A stretch of DNA of 64,000 nucleotides from Pseudonocardiaceae bacterium (GTDB lineage Bacteria; Actinomycetota; Actinomycetes; Mycobacteriales; Pseudonocardiaceae). A model generated the notes under the pieces. The model searched no databases. It worked only from the letters and a program-made list of their open reading frames with translations, and was not told where the DNA came from. A program made the translations under genes and the position numbers. Location: the NCBI GenBank assembly GCA_036268615.1, contig DATATV010000051.1, forward strand, positions 22,759 to 86,758. Direction: 5' to 3'. The first letter of the stretch is position 1. Each line of letters opens with the position of its first letter. Positions 1 through 9,781 of this stretch are shown one piece after another.

Positions 1-1339
1 TCCGGCCGGCGCGGATGACTTCCTGGGCCATCCGGGCGATCTGCACCACATCGTCGTCGGTCTCGGTGGGCAGGCCGCACATGAAGTAGAGCTTCACCTG
101 CCGCCAACCGTTGGCGTAGGCCGTGGTGACGGTCCTGATCAGATCTTCCTCGGACACCATCTTGTTGATGACCCGGCGAATCCGCTCGCTGCCGCCCTCC
201 GGCGCGAACGTCAGCCCGGATCGGCGGCCACCGCGGGACAGTTCGTTGGCCAGGTCGACGTTGAACGCGTCCACCCGGGTGCTGGGCAGGCTCAGGCCGG
301 TGTTCGTGCCCTCGTACCGGTCGGCCAGGCCCTTGACGATCTCGCCGATCTCGGAGTGGTCGGCACTGGACAGGCTGAGCAGGCCGACCTCCTCGAAGCC
401 GCTCGCGGCCAGGCCCTGGGCGACCATCTCGCCGATGCCGGTCAGCGAGCGCTCGCGCACCGGTCGGGTGATCATCCCGGCCTGGCAGAACCGGCAACCC
501 CGGGTGCAGCCGCGGAAGATCTCCACGCTCATCCGCTCGTGCACGCTCTCCGCGAGCGGCACCAGCGGCTTCTTCGGGTACGGCCACTCGTCCAGGTCCA
601 TCGTGGTGCGCTTGGCCACCGTGGCCGGCACCCGGTCGCGGTTGGGCGTGACGCCGGTGAGCGCGCCGTCCTCGGCGTAGTCCGCGTCGTAGAAACGCGG
701 CACGTAGACCCAGCCGGTCGCGGCCAGGCGGGTCAGCAGCTCGTCCCGGCCACCCGGGCGGCCCTGCGACTTCCACTCCCGGATCAGCTCGGTGATGCCG
801 CCGACGGCCTCCTCGCCGTCGCCGAGCAGCGCCGCGTCGATGAAGTCGGCGATCGGCTCCGGGTTGAACGCGGCGTGACCGCCGGCCAGCACGATCGGGT
901 AGTCGGCGTCGGTGTCGGCGGCCCGGTCGGCGCTGCGCAGCGGCATACCGGCCAGGTCGAGGGCGGTGAGCAGGTTCGTGTAGCCCAGTTCGGTGGAGAA
1001 GCTGACCCCGAGCACGTCGAACGCGCCGACCGGTCGGTGGCTCTCCAGGGTGAACTGCGGGACCTGGTGCTCCCGCATCAGCTCTTCCAGGTCGGTCCAC
1101 ACGGCGTAGGTGCGCTCGGCGAGCACGCCGGGCATCTCGTTGAGGACCTCGTACAGGATCATCACGCCCTGGTTGGGCAGGCCGACCTCGTAGGCGTCCG
1201 GATACATCAGGCACCATCGGACGTCGGCGGACTCCCAGTCCTGCACCGTGGCGTTCAGCTCGCCGCCGATGTACTGGACCGGTTTGCGCACCCGCGGCAG
1301 CAGGGGCTCCAACCTGGGGAAAACGGACTCCACAGACAC
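1..1339 (-). CDS. B12-binding-domain radical SAM protein, TIGR03960-like (N-terminal part; C-terminus lies beyond window start)
   Basis: Absent from the ORF track because it runs off the window. Reverse-complement translation from GTG at 1339 reads VSVESVFPRLEPLLPRVRKPVQYIGGELN..., later FRGCTRGCRFCQAG (CxxxCxxC radical SAM motif). Confidence 0.8.
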   Translation of the reverse strand, partial: MSVESVFPRLEPLLPRVRKPVQYIGGELNATVQDWESADVRWCLMYPDAYEVGLPNQGVMILYEVLNEMPGVLAERTYAVWTDLEELMREHQVPQFTLESHRPVGAFDVLGVSFSTELGYTNLLTALDLAGMPLRSADRAADTDADYPIVLAGGHAAFNPEPIADFIDAALLGDGEEAVGGITELIREWKSQGRPGGRDELLTRLAATGWVYVPRFYDADYAEDGALTGVTPNRDRVPATVAKRTTMDLDEWPYPKKPLVPLAESVHERMSVEIFRGCTRGCRFCQAGMITRPVRERSLTGIGEMVAQGLAASGFEEVGLLSLSSADHSEIGEIVKGLADRYEGTNTGLSLPSTRVDAFNVDLANELSRGGRRSGLTFAPEGGSERIRRVINKMVSEEDLIRTVTTAYANGWRQVKLYFMCGLPTETDDDVVQIARMAQEVIRAGR

Positions 1340-1386
1340 AGCACCAGGGTAGACGGTCCCCTGCGGACGGCTCCTGGCCCAGGTCG

Positions 1387-2139
1387 ATGGGCCGCCCGCA
1401 GCGCCCTGGTCAGCAGGGCATCTATCGTCACGGCGTGGACGAACCGCTGACCGGACCCGCCGAGACCGCACCGCCGACCTACGCCGAGGACCGCGCCGCG
1501 CGGCGGCCGCTGTTCGTCTGGCTCGGGCTGGGCCTGCCGGCGCTGATCGTGGCCGGGGTCGTGGTCGGCAAGATCACCGAGCAGCGCTGGGCCATCGCGG
1601 TGGTCGCGATCGCGATCTTCGGGTGGATCTTCAGCAACAGCATGTACATCTTCGTGAACTGGCCGATCGGCATCCGGCTCGACGAGCAGGGCGTGCGGAT
1701 CGGCAACGTGCGCGACCCCGACATCAACGAGGGCCGCCGGCCGGCTCCCTCGTTCCAGGCGTACCGGCTGTTCTCCTGCCCGTGGCCGGGCGTGCTGTCC
1801 ATGCGGATCAGCCAGGACATCGCCGAGCTGCGCAAGTTCCGGCTGCGCAGCCGGCAGGCGCCCAAGGGCAACGTGAAGGCGCGCGGCGGCCAGTCCGTGG
1901 GCTACTACCTGGGCATTCTCGCGCCGCCGTTCATGCGCGCGGCGCTGATCATCGAGGTGGACGAGGACTACGCGCGGTTCCCCGAGTTCCGCACCCGGCA
2001 GGTGCTCGCGGTGGCCAACTCGCAGGTCGGCACGCCGTCGCTGACCTGGGTGGTGCCCACCCGGCAGCCCGAGCGGCTGGCCGAGGTGGTCGCGGCCATC
2101 ACCGACTCGCCGCAGTGGGTCGCCCGCCGGATGGGCTGA
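1387..2139 (+). CDS. hypothetical membrane protein (start uncertain; alternative GTG at 1435)
   Basis: 250-aa ORF with two hydrophobic helices (LFVWLGLGLPALIVAGVVVG, AIAVVAIAIFGWIF). Codon usage is consistent with its neighbours. No recognisable motif. Confidence 0.5.
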   Translation: MGRPQRPGQQGIYRHGVDEPLTGPAETAPPTYAEDRAARRPLFVWLGLGLPALIVAGVVVGKITEQRWAIAVVAIAIFGWIFSNSMYIFVNWPIGIRLDEQGVRIGNVRDPDINEGRRPAPSFQAYRLFSCPWPGVLSMRISQDIAELRKFRLRSRQAPKGNVKARGGQSVGYYLGILAPPFMRAALIIEVDEDYARFPEFRTRQVLAVANSQVGTPSLTWVVPTRQPERLAEVVAAITDSPQWVARRMG

Positions 2140-2193
2140 GCCAACCGGCGCCACCCCGTTGAAGTGGGTCTTGTCCCCGCCTTAAATCCTGAT

Positions 2194-2205
2194 TGGTCTA
2201 GTCCA
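2194..2205. promoter_or_regulatory. DasR-responsive-element / chi-box-like site 1 (TGGTCTAGTCCA)
   Basis: One mismatch from the palindromic core TGGTCTAGACCA known upstream of Streptomyces chitinase genes. Lies 77-88 nt upstream of the GH18 gene. Confidence 0.5.
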
Positions 2206-2211
2206 AAACCC

Positions 2212-2240
2212 TTGACACCGGAAATGGTCTAGGCCACATT
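2212..2240 (+). promoter_or_regulatory. putative promoter of chitinase gene (-35 TTGACA, weak -10 CACATT after a 17-nt spacer)
   Basis: TTGACA at 2212-2217 lies between the two dre-like boxes. The second box overlaps the -10 region. Confidence 0.3.
2225..2236. promoter_or_regulatory. DasR-responsive-element / chi-box-like site 2 (TGGTCTAGGCCA)
   Basis: Second copy, one mismatch from TGGTCTAGACCA, 31 nt downstream of site 1 and 46 nt upstream of the GTG start. Confidence 0.5.
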
Positions 2241-2281
2241 CGAAGCACGGGAAGGGGGCGGAACTTCAGCGAGGAGGGCAC

Positions 2282-3538
2282 GTGAGACGTTCAACCACGC
2301 TGGCCGCGGCCGCGATGGCCGTGTTGGCAGCCGGCACGATGATCGCGTTGGCCGAGACCGGGAGCGCGGCACCGGCGGTGCAACCCGCTGCCGTGGCGAC
2401 GAACTGGTACGGCGCGGCCCCCTACGTGATGCCGCTGGACAACAACCCGCCCGACCTCAGCCAGGTCATGGCCGCCACCGGCCAGAAGACCTTCGAACTC
2501 GCCTTCGTGCTGGCCGACGGCGGCTGCAACGCCGCGTGGGGCGGCACCGCCGACGTCTCCGCCGACACCACGGTCGCCAACCTGATCAACGGGGTGCGCT
2601 CGGCCGGCGGTGACGTGTCGGTGTCCTTCGGTGGCTACGGCGGCACCAAGCTCGGCCAGGTCTGCGGTTCGGCGGCGGCCACCGCGGCGGCGGAGCAGGC
2701 GGTGATCAGCAAGTACTCGCTCAAGGCGGTCGACTTCGACCTGGAGGAGCCCGAGTACGAGAACACCACCGACATCAACTACGAGATCGGGGCCGCGCAG
2801 ATCCTGCAGCAGAACAACCCCGGCCTCTACGTCTCCATCACCACCGCCGGCACCACCTCGGGCACCGGCTACTTCGGCCAGAACGTGCTCAACACCGCCA
2901 AGGGCATGGGCTTCACGCCGAACAACTTCTCGATCATGCCCTTCGACGGCGGGTTCAACGGCGCGGCCAGCCAGACCAGCGCGCTCGACCAGTTCCACAC
3001 GCTGCTGATGAACACCTTCGGCTGGACCTCGGCGAACGCGTTCGCGCACGAGGGCTTCTCCGGCATGAACGGCCGTTCGGACTCCGGCGAGTACTTCTAC
3101 CAGGCGGACTTCCAGACCGTACTGAACTACGCGCTCAGCAACGGCCTGTCCCGCTTCACCTTCTGGGCGGTCAACCGGGACCGCCAGTGCAGCCCGCCGG
3201 ACAACAACGGCACCACCTCGGGCACGTGCAGCAGTGTCACCCAGAACAGCTGGGACTTCACCAAGTACACCGCGCAGTTCGGCGGCGCGACCCCGCCCAA
3301 CTCGCCGCCGCCGACCACCACCACGACCGCCCCGCCGACCACGACGACCACCACCTCGGGTGGCGGCGGGTCGAGCTCAGGGCAGTGCGCGGGAGTGGCC
3401 GCGTGGAGCTCCGAGTCGACCTACAACGGCGGTGCCACGGCGACCTACGACGGTCACCTGTGGACGGCCAAGTGGTGGACGTACAACGACGTGCCGGGCG
3501 GCCCGGCCGGTGTCTGGACTGACAACGGCGCCTGCTGA
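2282..3538 (+). CDS. secreted GH18-family chitinase with Thr/Pro linker and C-terminal CBM5/12-type chitin-binding domain
   Basis: Signal peptide MRRSTTLAAAAMAVLAAGTMIALAETGSA. GH18-like catalytic stretch AVDFDLEEPE. PPPTTTTTAPPTTTTTT linker. C-terminal AAWSSESTYNGGATATYDGHLWTAKWWTYNDVPGG. RBS GAGGAGG before the GTG. Confidence 0.8.
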   Translation: MRRSTTLAAAAMAVLAAGTMIALAETGSAAPAVQPAAVATNWYGAAPYVMPLDNNPPDLSQVMAATGQKTFELAFVLADGGCNAAWGGTADVSADTTVANLINGVRSAGGDVSVSFGGYGGTKLGQVCGSAAATAAAEQAVISKYSLKAVDFDLEEPEYENTTDINYEIGAAQILQQNNPGLYVSITTAGTTSGTGYFGQNVLNTAKGMGFTPNNFSIMPFDGGFNGAASQTSALDQFHTLLMNTFGWTSANAFAHEGFSGMNGRSDSGEYFYQADFQTVLNYALSNGLSRFTFWAVNRDRQCSPPDNNGTTSGTCSSVTQNSWDFTKYTAQFGGATPPNSPPPTTTTTAPPTTTTTTSGGGGSSSGQCAGVAAWSSESTYNGGATATYDGHLWTAKWWTYNDVPGGPAGVWTDNGAC

Positions 3539-3555
3539 CCGGTCCGATTAGGGGA

Positions 3556-3589
3556 GAACGGGTCCGGGGGCCGATCCCCGGACTCGTTC
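3556..3589. terminator. hairpin between convergent chitinase and ABC permease genes
   Basis: GAACGGGTCCGGGG / CCCCGGACTCGTTC, 14-bp stem with one mismatch and a 6-nt loop. Confidence 0.5.
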
Positions 3590-3605
3590 CCGTATCGGCG
3601 AGATT

Positions 3606-4463
3606 TCAGCGCAGCAGCAACACTTTGAGCCGCCGGGCGGCGCCGAACCCGCCCAGCCCGGCCATCACCACGAAGTAGAGCACGTGGCCCAGTGCGCCGA
3701 TGCCGACGAAACCGGTGGTCAGCGAGCGCATCAGCTCGATGCCCTGGTACAGCGGCAGGCACTCGACCACCACCCGCAGCCAACCCGGGTAGACGGTGAT
3801 CGGGTAGAACGTGGTGGAGAAGAAGAACATCGGCAGGATGGCCAGCTGCACCAGGTCGAAGTCCTGCCAGGAGCGCATGTAGGTGGTCGCCCACATGCCG
3901 ATCGAGGCGAAGCCCAGCGCGATCAGCAGCGCGGCCGGCAGCGCGAGCAGCGCCCACGCCGAGGTGATCAGCCCGGCCACCGCCATCACGATCAGGAAGC
4001 TGGTCGCGTACAGGCCACCGCGCAGCAGCGCCCAGCTGATCTCGCCGATCGCCACGTCCACCGGACCCAGCGGGGTGGCCAGGATCGCGTCATAGAGCTT
4101 GGCGTACTTCAGTTTGTGGAAAATGTTGAAGGTCGCGTCGTAGACCGCGCCGTTCATCGCCGAGGACGCCAGCAGCGCCGGCGCGACGAACGCGACGTAG
4201 CTCATCGGCGAGCCGTCGGGCCCGGTCACCTGGTTGACCAGCTTGCCGAACCCGACGCCAAGGGCGAACAGGTAGAAGACCGGCTCGAAGAACCCGGACA
4301 GCACGTTGAGCCAGGCCCGCTGGTTGACCAGCATGGCCCGGTGCACCAGCATCCGGGCCCGCCCGACGTAGAGCGCCGACGGGATGACCCGCAGCAGCAG
4401 CCCGGTGCGCGGCGGCGGGAACGTCCGGCCGGCCTCGGCCTCGGTGAGCACGTCCTGTGCCAT
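3606..4463 (-). CDS. ABC-2 type transporter permease
   Basis: Real start taken at MAQDVLTEAEAG (ATG at 4463); the upstream part of the 460-aa track ORF looks non-coding. Six hydrophobic segments typical of DrrB/NodJ-like permeases. Confidence 0.75.
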   Translation of the reverse strand: MAQDVLTEAEAGRTFPPPRTGLLLRVIPSALYVGRARMLVHRAMLVNQRAWLNVLSGFFEPVFYLFALGVGFGKLVNQVTGPDGSPMSYVAFVAPALLASSAMNGAVYDATFNIFHKLKYAKLYDAILATPLGPVDVAIGEISWALLRGGLYATSFLIVMAVAGLITSAWALLALPAALLIALGFASIGMWATTYMRSWQDFDLVQLAILPMFFFSTTFYPITVYPGWLRVVVECLPLYQGIELMRSLTTGFVGIGALGHVLYFVVMAGLGGFGAARRLKVLLLR

Positions 4464-4477
4464 CTCTCGCCTCTCCC

Positions 4478-5299
4478 CTATCCGGCCAGCCGCGACCGGA
4501 ACCGCGCCCGCGCGATCACCGCGCCGACCGCGAACAGGACCAGCAGGTAGGCGATGTGGCCCACCGCCGGCCAGAGCCCCAGCGTGCCCAGTTCTATCCC
4601 GCGGGACAGTTCGGTGCCGTGCCACAGCGGGGTGATCCAGGCGACCGGCCGGACCCACGCGGGCAGCTGGGCGATCGGGAACATTGCGCCGGAGAACAGC
4701 GTCATCGGCACGACGATGAACCGGAAGATCAGGTTGAACTTGACGCCCTCGTCGTTGACGGCGGCGGCGAAGGCGACCACGGGCCCGGCGAAGCCCATCC
4801 CGCACAGCACCGCGAACAGCAGCGACACCAGCACCATCGGGCTGGTCAGCGCGCCGACGGCGGCGGCGATCAGCAGGTAGACCGCGCCGGAGAAGAGCAT
4901 CCGCAGCGCGATCCACAGGAACGTCGCCCGGACCAGCTGTCCCGGGGTGATCGGCGTGTTGGTGATGCCGATGAAGTTCTTCTGCCACTTGAACCCGGAC
5001 AGGATCGGGAAGGTGCCCTCACCGGCCGCGTTCTGGATCGCGCCGGCGGCCAGCAGGCCGGGCGCGATGTACTGGAGGTAGGTCAGCCCGCCGGTGAACG
5101 ACGTGGAGTGCACCTGGGAGCCGAACCCGAGGCCCATCGCGATCAGGTACAGCACCGGGATGCCCACACTGGACATCACGGTGGCCTTCCAGTTGCGCCG
5201 GTACCAGGCCCAGTGCCCCTCGATGACCAGCATGCTGGCCTGCCACGGGCTGACCGCGCGGCCGGTGGAACGTGCTTGGGTGATCGTCTCGGCAGCCAT
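4478..5299 (-). CDS. ABC-2 type transporter permease (second subunit)
   Basis: Start at MAAETITQ (ATG at 5299), 1 nt after the ATPase stop. Multi-helix hydrophobic protein, paralogous in layout to 3606-4463. Confidence 0.75.
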   Translation of the reverse strand: MAAETITQARSTGRAVSPWQASMLVIEGHWAWYRRNWKATVMSSVGIPVLYLIAMGLGFGSQVHSTSFTGGLTYLQYIAPGLLAAGAIQNAAGEGTFPILSGFKWQKNFIGITNTPITPGQLVRATFLWIALRMLFSGAVYLLIAAAVGALTSPMVLVSLLFAVLCGMGFAGPVVAFAAAVNDEGVKFNLIFRFIVVPMTLFSGAMFPIAQLPAWVRPVAWITPLWHGTELSRGIELGTLGLWPAVGHIAYLLVLFAVGAVIARARFRSRLAG

Positions 5300-5300
5300 C

Positions 5301-6245
5301 TCAGTCCACCAGGCTTCGGCCGGTGAGGCGCAGGAACACGTCCTCAAGGCTGCTGCGCCGGACCAGGCTGGACACCGGCCGCACGCCCCGGTTGATCGCC
5401 GCGGCCAGCGCCGCCTCACCGTCGGCGGTGTAGAGCAGCAGCCGGTCGGGCAGCACCTCGGTGCGCTCGGCCAGGTCGCTGAGCAGGTCCACCGCGTCGC
5501 CCTGGTGGTCGGGCGGGAAGCGCAGTTCCAGCACCTCGCGGGTGGAGTGGGCGGCGATCAGTTCGGCCGGGCTGCCGCCCGCCACGATCTTGCCGTGGTC
5601 CATCACCACCAGGCGGTCGCAGAGCTGCTCGGCCTCATCCATGTAGTGGGTGGTGACGATCAGCGTGACACCGGCCTGCTTCAGCCGGAACAGCCTGTCC
5701 CACAACAGATGTCGGGCCTGCGGGTCCAGTCCGGTGGTGGGCTCGTCGAGCAGCAGCAGCTCCGGATCGTTGACCAGCGAGCGGGCGATGGTCAACCGCC
5801 GCTTCATGCCGCCCGACAGCGGTTCGACCTCGTCGTTGGCCCGGTCGGTGAGCTGGGCGAACTCCAGCAGCTCGGTCGCCTTGGCCCTGACGTGCGCCCG
5901 GGGCAGGCCGAAGTACCGGCCGTACACCTGGAGGTTCTGCCGGACGGTCAGCTCGAAGTCGAGGATGTCGTCCTGCGGGACCACGCCGATCCGGGCCCGG
6001 ATGCGCGGCCCGTCCACGTCCGGGTCCATGCCCAGCACCCGCAGGCTGCCCTCGGAACGCGGCGACACACAGCCGACCATGCGCATGGTGGAGGACTTGC
6101 CGGCACCGTTGGGACCGAGGAAGCCGAACGCCTCACCCCGGCGGACCTCCACGTCGATCCCGTCGACCGCGGTGAAGCCGCCGAAGCGTTTCACCAGGTT
6201 GGTCGCGGTCACCATCGGCGGGCCGGACTCCGCTGTCATCGTCAC
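5301..6245 (-). CDS. ABC transporter ATP-binding protein (DrrA/NodI-like)
   Basis: Walker A GPNGAGKSS, signature LSGGMKRRL, Walker B LLLLDEPTTGLD, H-loop TTHYMDEA. Confidence 0.9.
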   Translation of the reverse strand: MTMTAESGPPMVTATNLVKRFGGFTAVDGIDVEVRRGEAFGFLGPNGAGKSSTMRMVGCVSPRSEGSLRVLGMDPDVDGPRIRARIGVVPQDDILDFELTVRQNLQVYGRYFGLPRAHVRAKATELLEFAQLTDRANDEVEPLSGGMKRRLTIARSLVNDPELLLLDEPTTGLDPQARHLLWDRLFRLKQAGVTLIVTTHYMDEAEQLCDRLVVMDHGKIVAGGSPAELIAAHSTREVLELRFPPDHQGDAVDLLSDLAERTEVLPDRLLLYTADGEAALAAAINRGVRPVSSLVRRSSLEDVFLRLTGRSLVD

Positions 6246-6303
6246 ACGTCCGACGGTATCGGGCGCGGGCGACAGATTTCCAACGCAATTACGGCCGGTG
6301 GGC

Positions 6304-6327
6304 GGGGCTGGGGACGACCCCAGCCCC
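6304..6327. terminator. perfect GC hairpin downstream of ndk
   Basis: GGGGCTGGGG-acga-CCCCAGCCCC, 10 nt beyond the ndk stop codon. Confidence 0.55.
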
Positions 6328-6337
6328 GGTGAAACGG

Positions 6338-6748
6338 CTACAGGCCGGGGAACCAGAGCTTGATCTCGCGGGCGGCCGACTCCGGCGAGTCCGAGCCGTG
6401 CACGAGGTTGTACTGCACCTCAAGGCCGAAGTCGCCGCGGATGGTGCCGGGCGTGGCCTTGTCCACCGGGTCGGTGCCGCCGGCCAGCTGCCGGAAGGCG
6501 CTGATCGCGCGCGGGCCCTCGACCACGGCGGCGAGCACCTGGCCGGTGGTGATGAACTCGACCAGGTCGGTGAAGAACGACTTGCCGTCGTGCTCGGCGT
6601 AGTGCTGTTCGGCCAGCGTGCGCTCGACGGCGCGCAGTTCCAGCGCGGCCAGGGTGAGGCCCTTGCGCTCGATCCGGGAGATCACCTCGCCGACCAGTCC
6701 ACGGCGGACGCCGTCGGGCTTGACCAGAACCAGGGTGCGCTCAGACAC
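6338..6748 (-). CDS. ndk: nucleoside diphosphate kinase
   Basis: [30 protein letters not shown]...[20 protein letters not shown], the canonical NDK sequence with the active-site His in NLVHGSD. Confidence 0.95.
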   Translation of the reverse strand: MSERTLVLVKPDGVRRGLVGEVISRIERKGLTLAALELRAVERTLAEQHYAEHDGKSFFTDLVEFITTGQVLAAVVEGPRAISAFRQLAGGTDPVDKATPGTIRGDFGLEVQYNLVHGSDSPESAAREIKLWFPGL

Positions 6749-6815
6749 GGGTCGGTTCTCCTTCAGGGATGTACGTGAATGGTGTGGCGCAAGCGTAACC
6801 AGCGGGTTTCCCCGG

Positions 6816-7772
6816 TCATCCGGAGGGCGGCCCGGAACTGCCGGTCGGGGTGCTGGTCGGAGTGCTGCCGCTGGCGTCGCCGCTGGTCGGACGGGACACG
6901 CACGCGTACTGCCCGGAGGTCGGTGCCTGGTAGAACCAGATGTCCGGATTCTGCTGGTTGGTACACGCCGCGCCGACGTTCGGCGCCGGCTGCACCTCCA
7001 GCACCTCCACCGCGGCCGGGTCCGAGCCGCACGTGCTGCGCTGGATCGGCTTGCTGTCGCTGAGCAGGAAACACTGGTCGGGCGGCACGACGAGGGACGC
7101 GCAGTAGGCCACGTTCGCTGTCTCGTCGGGCACCTCGTAGCCGTGTTCCTTGAAGCTGACCGACGGATCGGAGTCGCAGTCGGCCGCGGTCGGCACGACC
7201 TTGTTGATCACGAAGACGGACCGCTGGCCCGCGCACGACACCGGCGCCAGTTCGACGTGTCCCGGGCCGTCGCCGGCCTGCTCGTCGAAGCACGTGCCCA
7301 CGTCGTAGGCGACCGAGTCGCCGCCGGCGCCGCCCGGGGTGGTCGGGGCGCTCGGGCGGGGCTGCTGGGTCGTCGTCGGGGCGGGTGCCGCGGTGGCCGG
7401 CTGCCGGTGGCCCGGTCCGCCGGTGAACCACCAGACCGCCGTGCCGGCGACGGCGAGCACCACCACGGCGGCGACGATCGCCACGCGCCGGCCACGACCG
7501 CGACGCGGCGGCGGAAACGGTGCCGCGGCCGGGGGTGGCGGTGGTGTCTCGGGCGGAGTGGTGCCCAGGCCCTGGTAGGGCGTGCTCGGGAAGTTGTCCA
7601 CCGGCCGGTACTGCGGCGGCTGGTAGCCCGGATCGGTGAAGTCGGGCTCGATGAACTCGGACTGGTCCGGGATCGGACCGGTGTCGGCGGTCTGCCCACC
7701 CGGCAGCTTTCCCCAGGGCTCGCGGTCCCAGCCCTGGCGCCTACGGTCGTGATCGGGAAAAGGTCCCGTCAT
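6816..7772 (-). CDS. Pro-rich single-pass membrane protein with Cys-rich extracytoplasmic domain, unknown function
   Basis: Pro-rich N-terminus, TM helix [20 protein letters not shown], then a domain with 10 Cys. No motif recognised. Confidence 0.55.
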   Translation of the reverse strand: MTGPFPDHDRRRQGWDREPWGKLPGGQTADTGPIPDQSEFIEPDFTDPGYQPPQYRPVDNFPSTPYQGLGTTPPETPPPPPAAAPFPPPRRGRGRRVAIVAAVVVLAVAGTAVWWFTGGPGHRQPATAAPAPTTTQQPRPSAPTTPGGAGGDSVAYDVGTCFDEQAGDGPGHVELAPVSCAGQRSVFVINKVVPTAADCDSDPSVSFKEHGYEVPDETANVAYCASLVVPPDQCFLLSDSKPIQRSTCGSDPAAVEVLEVQPAPNVGAACTNQQNPDIWFYQAPTSGQYACVSRPTSGDASGSTPTSTPTGSSGPPSG

Positions 7773-7835
7773 TGCGTGCTCGCTCCCGCCCTCGCGTTCG
7801 GAGAGTCCGCCCGGTCGGTGCCGATCGGTGTTCGA

Positions 7836-8255
7836 TCACGCACTCGGCCCGGTCGGCTGTTGACTCGGCAGCCGCCCCTGCGCCATGCGCCGGGCGACGT
7901 CCCGTCTCAGCCAGAGCAGGTAGACCCAGATCGCCGCGAACAGCAGGCCGATCACCCCGACCGGGACCGACCCGATCAGGCACAGCACCAACACGAGCTG
8001 GAGCGCCAACACGACCAGCGCGCTCCAGGAGTAGCGGATCAGCCAGCAGCAGGCGATCAGCGCGACCGCGACCACGCTGACCACGATGCCCAGCGTGGTG
8101 CCGACCCCGCCGTACTGGCGGGACACGAACAGCACGCCCAGGGCGACCACGATCGCCTCCAGCACCAGGGTGCCGGCCATCACGCCGCGGAAACCCTTCA
8201 TCGGGTCGACCGCGGGCGCGGGCACCGATGCGGGTGTCTCGGCCTGTTCTGTCAT
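7836..8255 (-). CDS. DUF4233-like small membrane protein
   Basis: Start MTEQAETPA (ATG at 8255) overlaps the folC stop by ATGA. Four hydrophobic helices. The folC-small membrane protein-ndk arrangement is typical of actinomycetes. Confidence 0.7.
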   Translation of the reverse strand: MTEQAETPASVPAPAVDPMKGFRGVMAGTLVLEAIVVALGVLFVSRQYGGVGTTLGIVVSVVAVALIACCWLIRYSWSALVVLALQLVLVLCLIGSVPVGVIGLLFAAIWVYLLWLRRDVARRMAQGRLPSQQPTGPSA

Positions 8256-9625
8256 GCCGGCTCCTTGCCGAACAACGAGCGGGCCTCGCCGACGGTGACC
8301 ACCGAACCGGTGATCAGCACACCGGCCCCGGACAGCGGCTGACCGGGCTCGGCGGCCTCCTCGGCCAGTCCGACCGCGGTCTCGATGGCGTCGTCGAGCC
8401 GCGCCTCGATGACGATCCGATCCTCGCCGAACACACCCTTCGCCACCGCGGCCAAATCGTCCACCTTCATCGCCCGGGGCTGGTCCACGGCCGTCAGCAC
8501 GACCTCGGCGACAACCGGTTCGAGCGCACCCAGGATGCCCTCGGCGTCCTTGTCGGCCATCATCCCGATCACCGCGATCAGCCGGCGGAAGTCGAACTCC
8601 TCGGTGAGCGCGGCGGCCAGCGCGCGGGCGCCGTGCGGGTTGTGCGCGGCGTCCAGCAGCACGGTCGGCGCGCTGCGCACCGGCTCCAGCCTGCCGGGGC
8701 TGGTCACCTGGGCGAACGCGGCCCGCACCGCGTCGATGTCGAGCTGGTTCTGCGCGCCCGCACCGAGAAACGCCTCGGCGGCGGCGAGTGCCATCGACGC
8801 GTTGGCGGCCTGGTGCTTGCCGTGCAGCGGCAGGAAGACCTCGTCGTAGACCCCGCCGAGGCCCTGCAACGTGAGCAGCTGCCCGCCCACGGCGATCTCC
8901 CGGGCCAGCACGCCGAACTCCTGGCCCTGGCGGGCGACGGTCGCGTCCATCTCGGTGCACCGGTGCAGCAGGGCCGCGGTGATCTCCGGCCGGTCCTGCT
9001 CGGCGAGCACCGCGATCGCGCCGGGCTTGATGATGCCGGCCTTGTCCCTGGCGATGCCGACCACGTCGGACCCGAGGAACTGCACGTGGTCCACGCCGAT
9101 CGGGCCGATCACCGCGACCCGGCCGTCGGCCACGTTGGTGCTGTCCCAGGTGCCGCCGAGGCCGACCTCGATCACGGCGGCGTCCACCGGGGTGTCGGCG
9201 AAGGCGGCGAACGCCATCGCGGTGAGCACCTCGAACTTGCTCAGCGGGATCTCGTTGCGCGCGTCGACCATGGCCACATAGGGGGCCACGTCGTGGTAGA
9301 CCTCGACGTAGCGCTGCGGGTCGATCGGCACGCCGTCCACGCTGATCCGCTCGGTGACCAGTTGCAGGTGCGGGCTGATGAACCGGCCGGTGCGCAGGTC
9401 GAGGCCGCTGAGCAGGGCGTCCACCATCCGGCTGGTCGACGTCTTGCCGTTGGTGCCGGTGATGTGCACCACCGGGCAGGCCCGCTGCGGGTCACCGAGC
9501 AGGTCGAGCAGGGCGGCGACCCGCTCCAGCGTCGGATCGATCTTGCTCTCCGGCCAGCGGGTGTTCAGCTCGGCCTCGACCACCCGCAACGCCTCCAGCG
9601 CGGCAGGGTCCGTTCGCGGCAACAC
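8252..9625 (-). CDS. folC: bifunctional folylpolyglutamate synthase / dihydrofolate synthase
   Basis: P-loop HITGTNGKTSTSRM, Mur-ligase-type middle and C-terminal regions (DAAHNPHGA). Confidence 0.9.
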   Translation of the reverse strand: MLPRTDPAALEALRVVEAELNTRWPESKIDPTLERVAALLDLLGDPQRACPVVHITGTNGKTSTSRMVDALLSGLDLRTGRFISPHLQLVTERISVDGVPIDPQRYVEVYHDVAPYVAMVDARNEIPLSKFEVLTAMAFAAFADTPVDAAVIEVGLGGTWDSTNVADGRVAVIGPIGVDHVQFLGSDVVGIARDKAGIIKPGAIAVLAEQDRPEITAALLHRCTEMDATVARQGQEFGVLAREIAVGGQLLTLQGLGGVYDEVFLPLHGKHQAANASMALAAAEAFLGAGAQNQLDIDAVRAAFAQVTSPGRLEPVRSAPTVLLDAAHNPHGARALAAALTEEFDFRRLIAVIGMMADKDAEGILGALEPVVAEVVLTAVDQPRAMKVDDLAAVAKGVFGEDRIVIEARLDDAIETAVGLAEEAAEPGQPLSGAGVLITGSVVTVGEARSLFGKEPA

Positions 9626-9781
9626 TCACTCCTCGCCGGGGGGTTTGTCAGTTCGTGGGCAGGTCGAGTCTAGGTGACCGGCGGGAACAGGCCCCAACGT
9701 GCGGTGTCCGCCGGCTGTCGGGCACCGGCTGCCTCGACTCGGACCCGACCACGACCCCGCCGGGGCTGCTTTACTGGCCGG

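Noticed and set aside
356-1450. 364-aa plus-strand ORF (and 123-680) overlapping the radical SAM gene region
   Set aside because: It is antisense/alternative frame to a clearly recognisable radical SAM protein on the minus strand. The composition is Arg/Gly/Ala/His-rich and typical of high-G+C shadow ORFs.
3606-4988. N-terminal extensions of track ORFs (3606-4988, 7836-8960, 41554-43959, 43464-44798, 44483-46315, 31682-32566, 57239-59269, 14064-16037, 17196-19241, 59042-60256)
   Set aside because: The recognisable protein begins at an internal start that is preceded by an RBS or overlaps the upstream stop codon. The upstream parts overlap neighbouring genes and look non-coding. Trimmed coordinates are given in the features.
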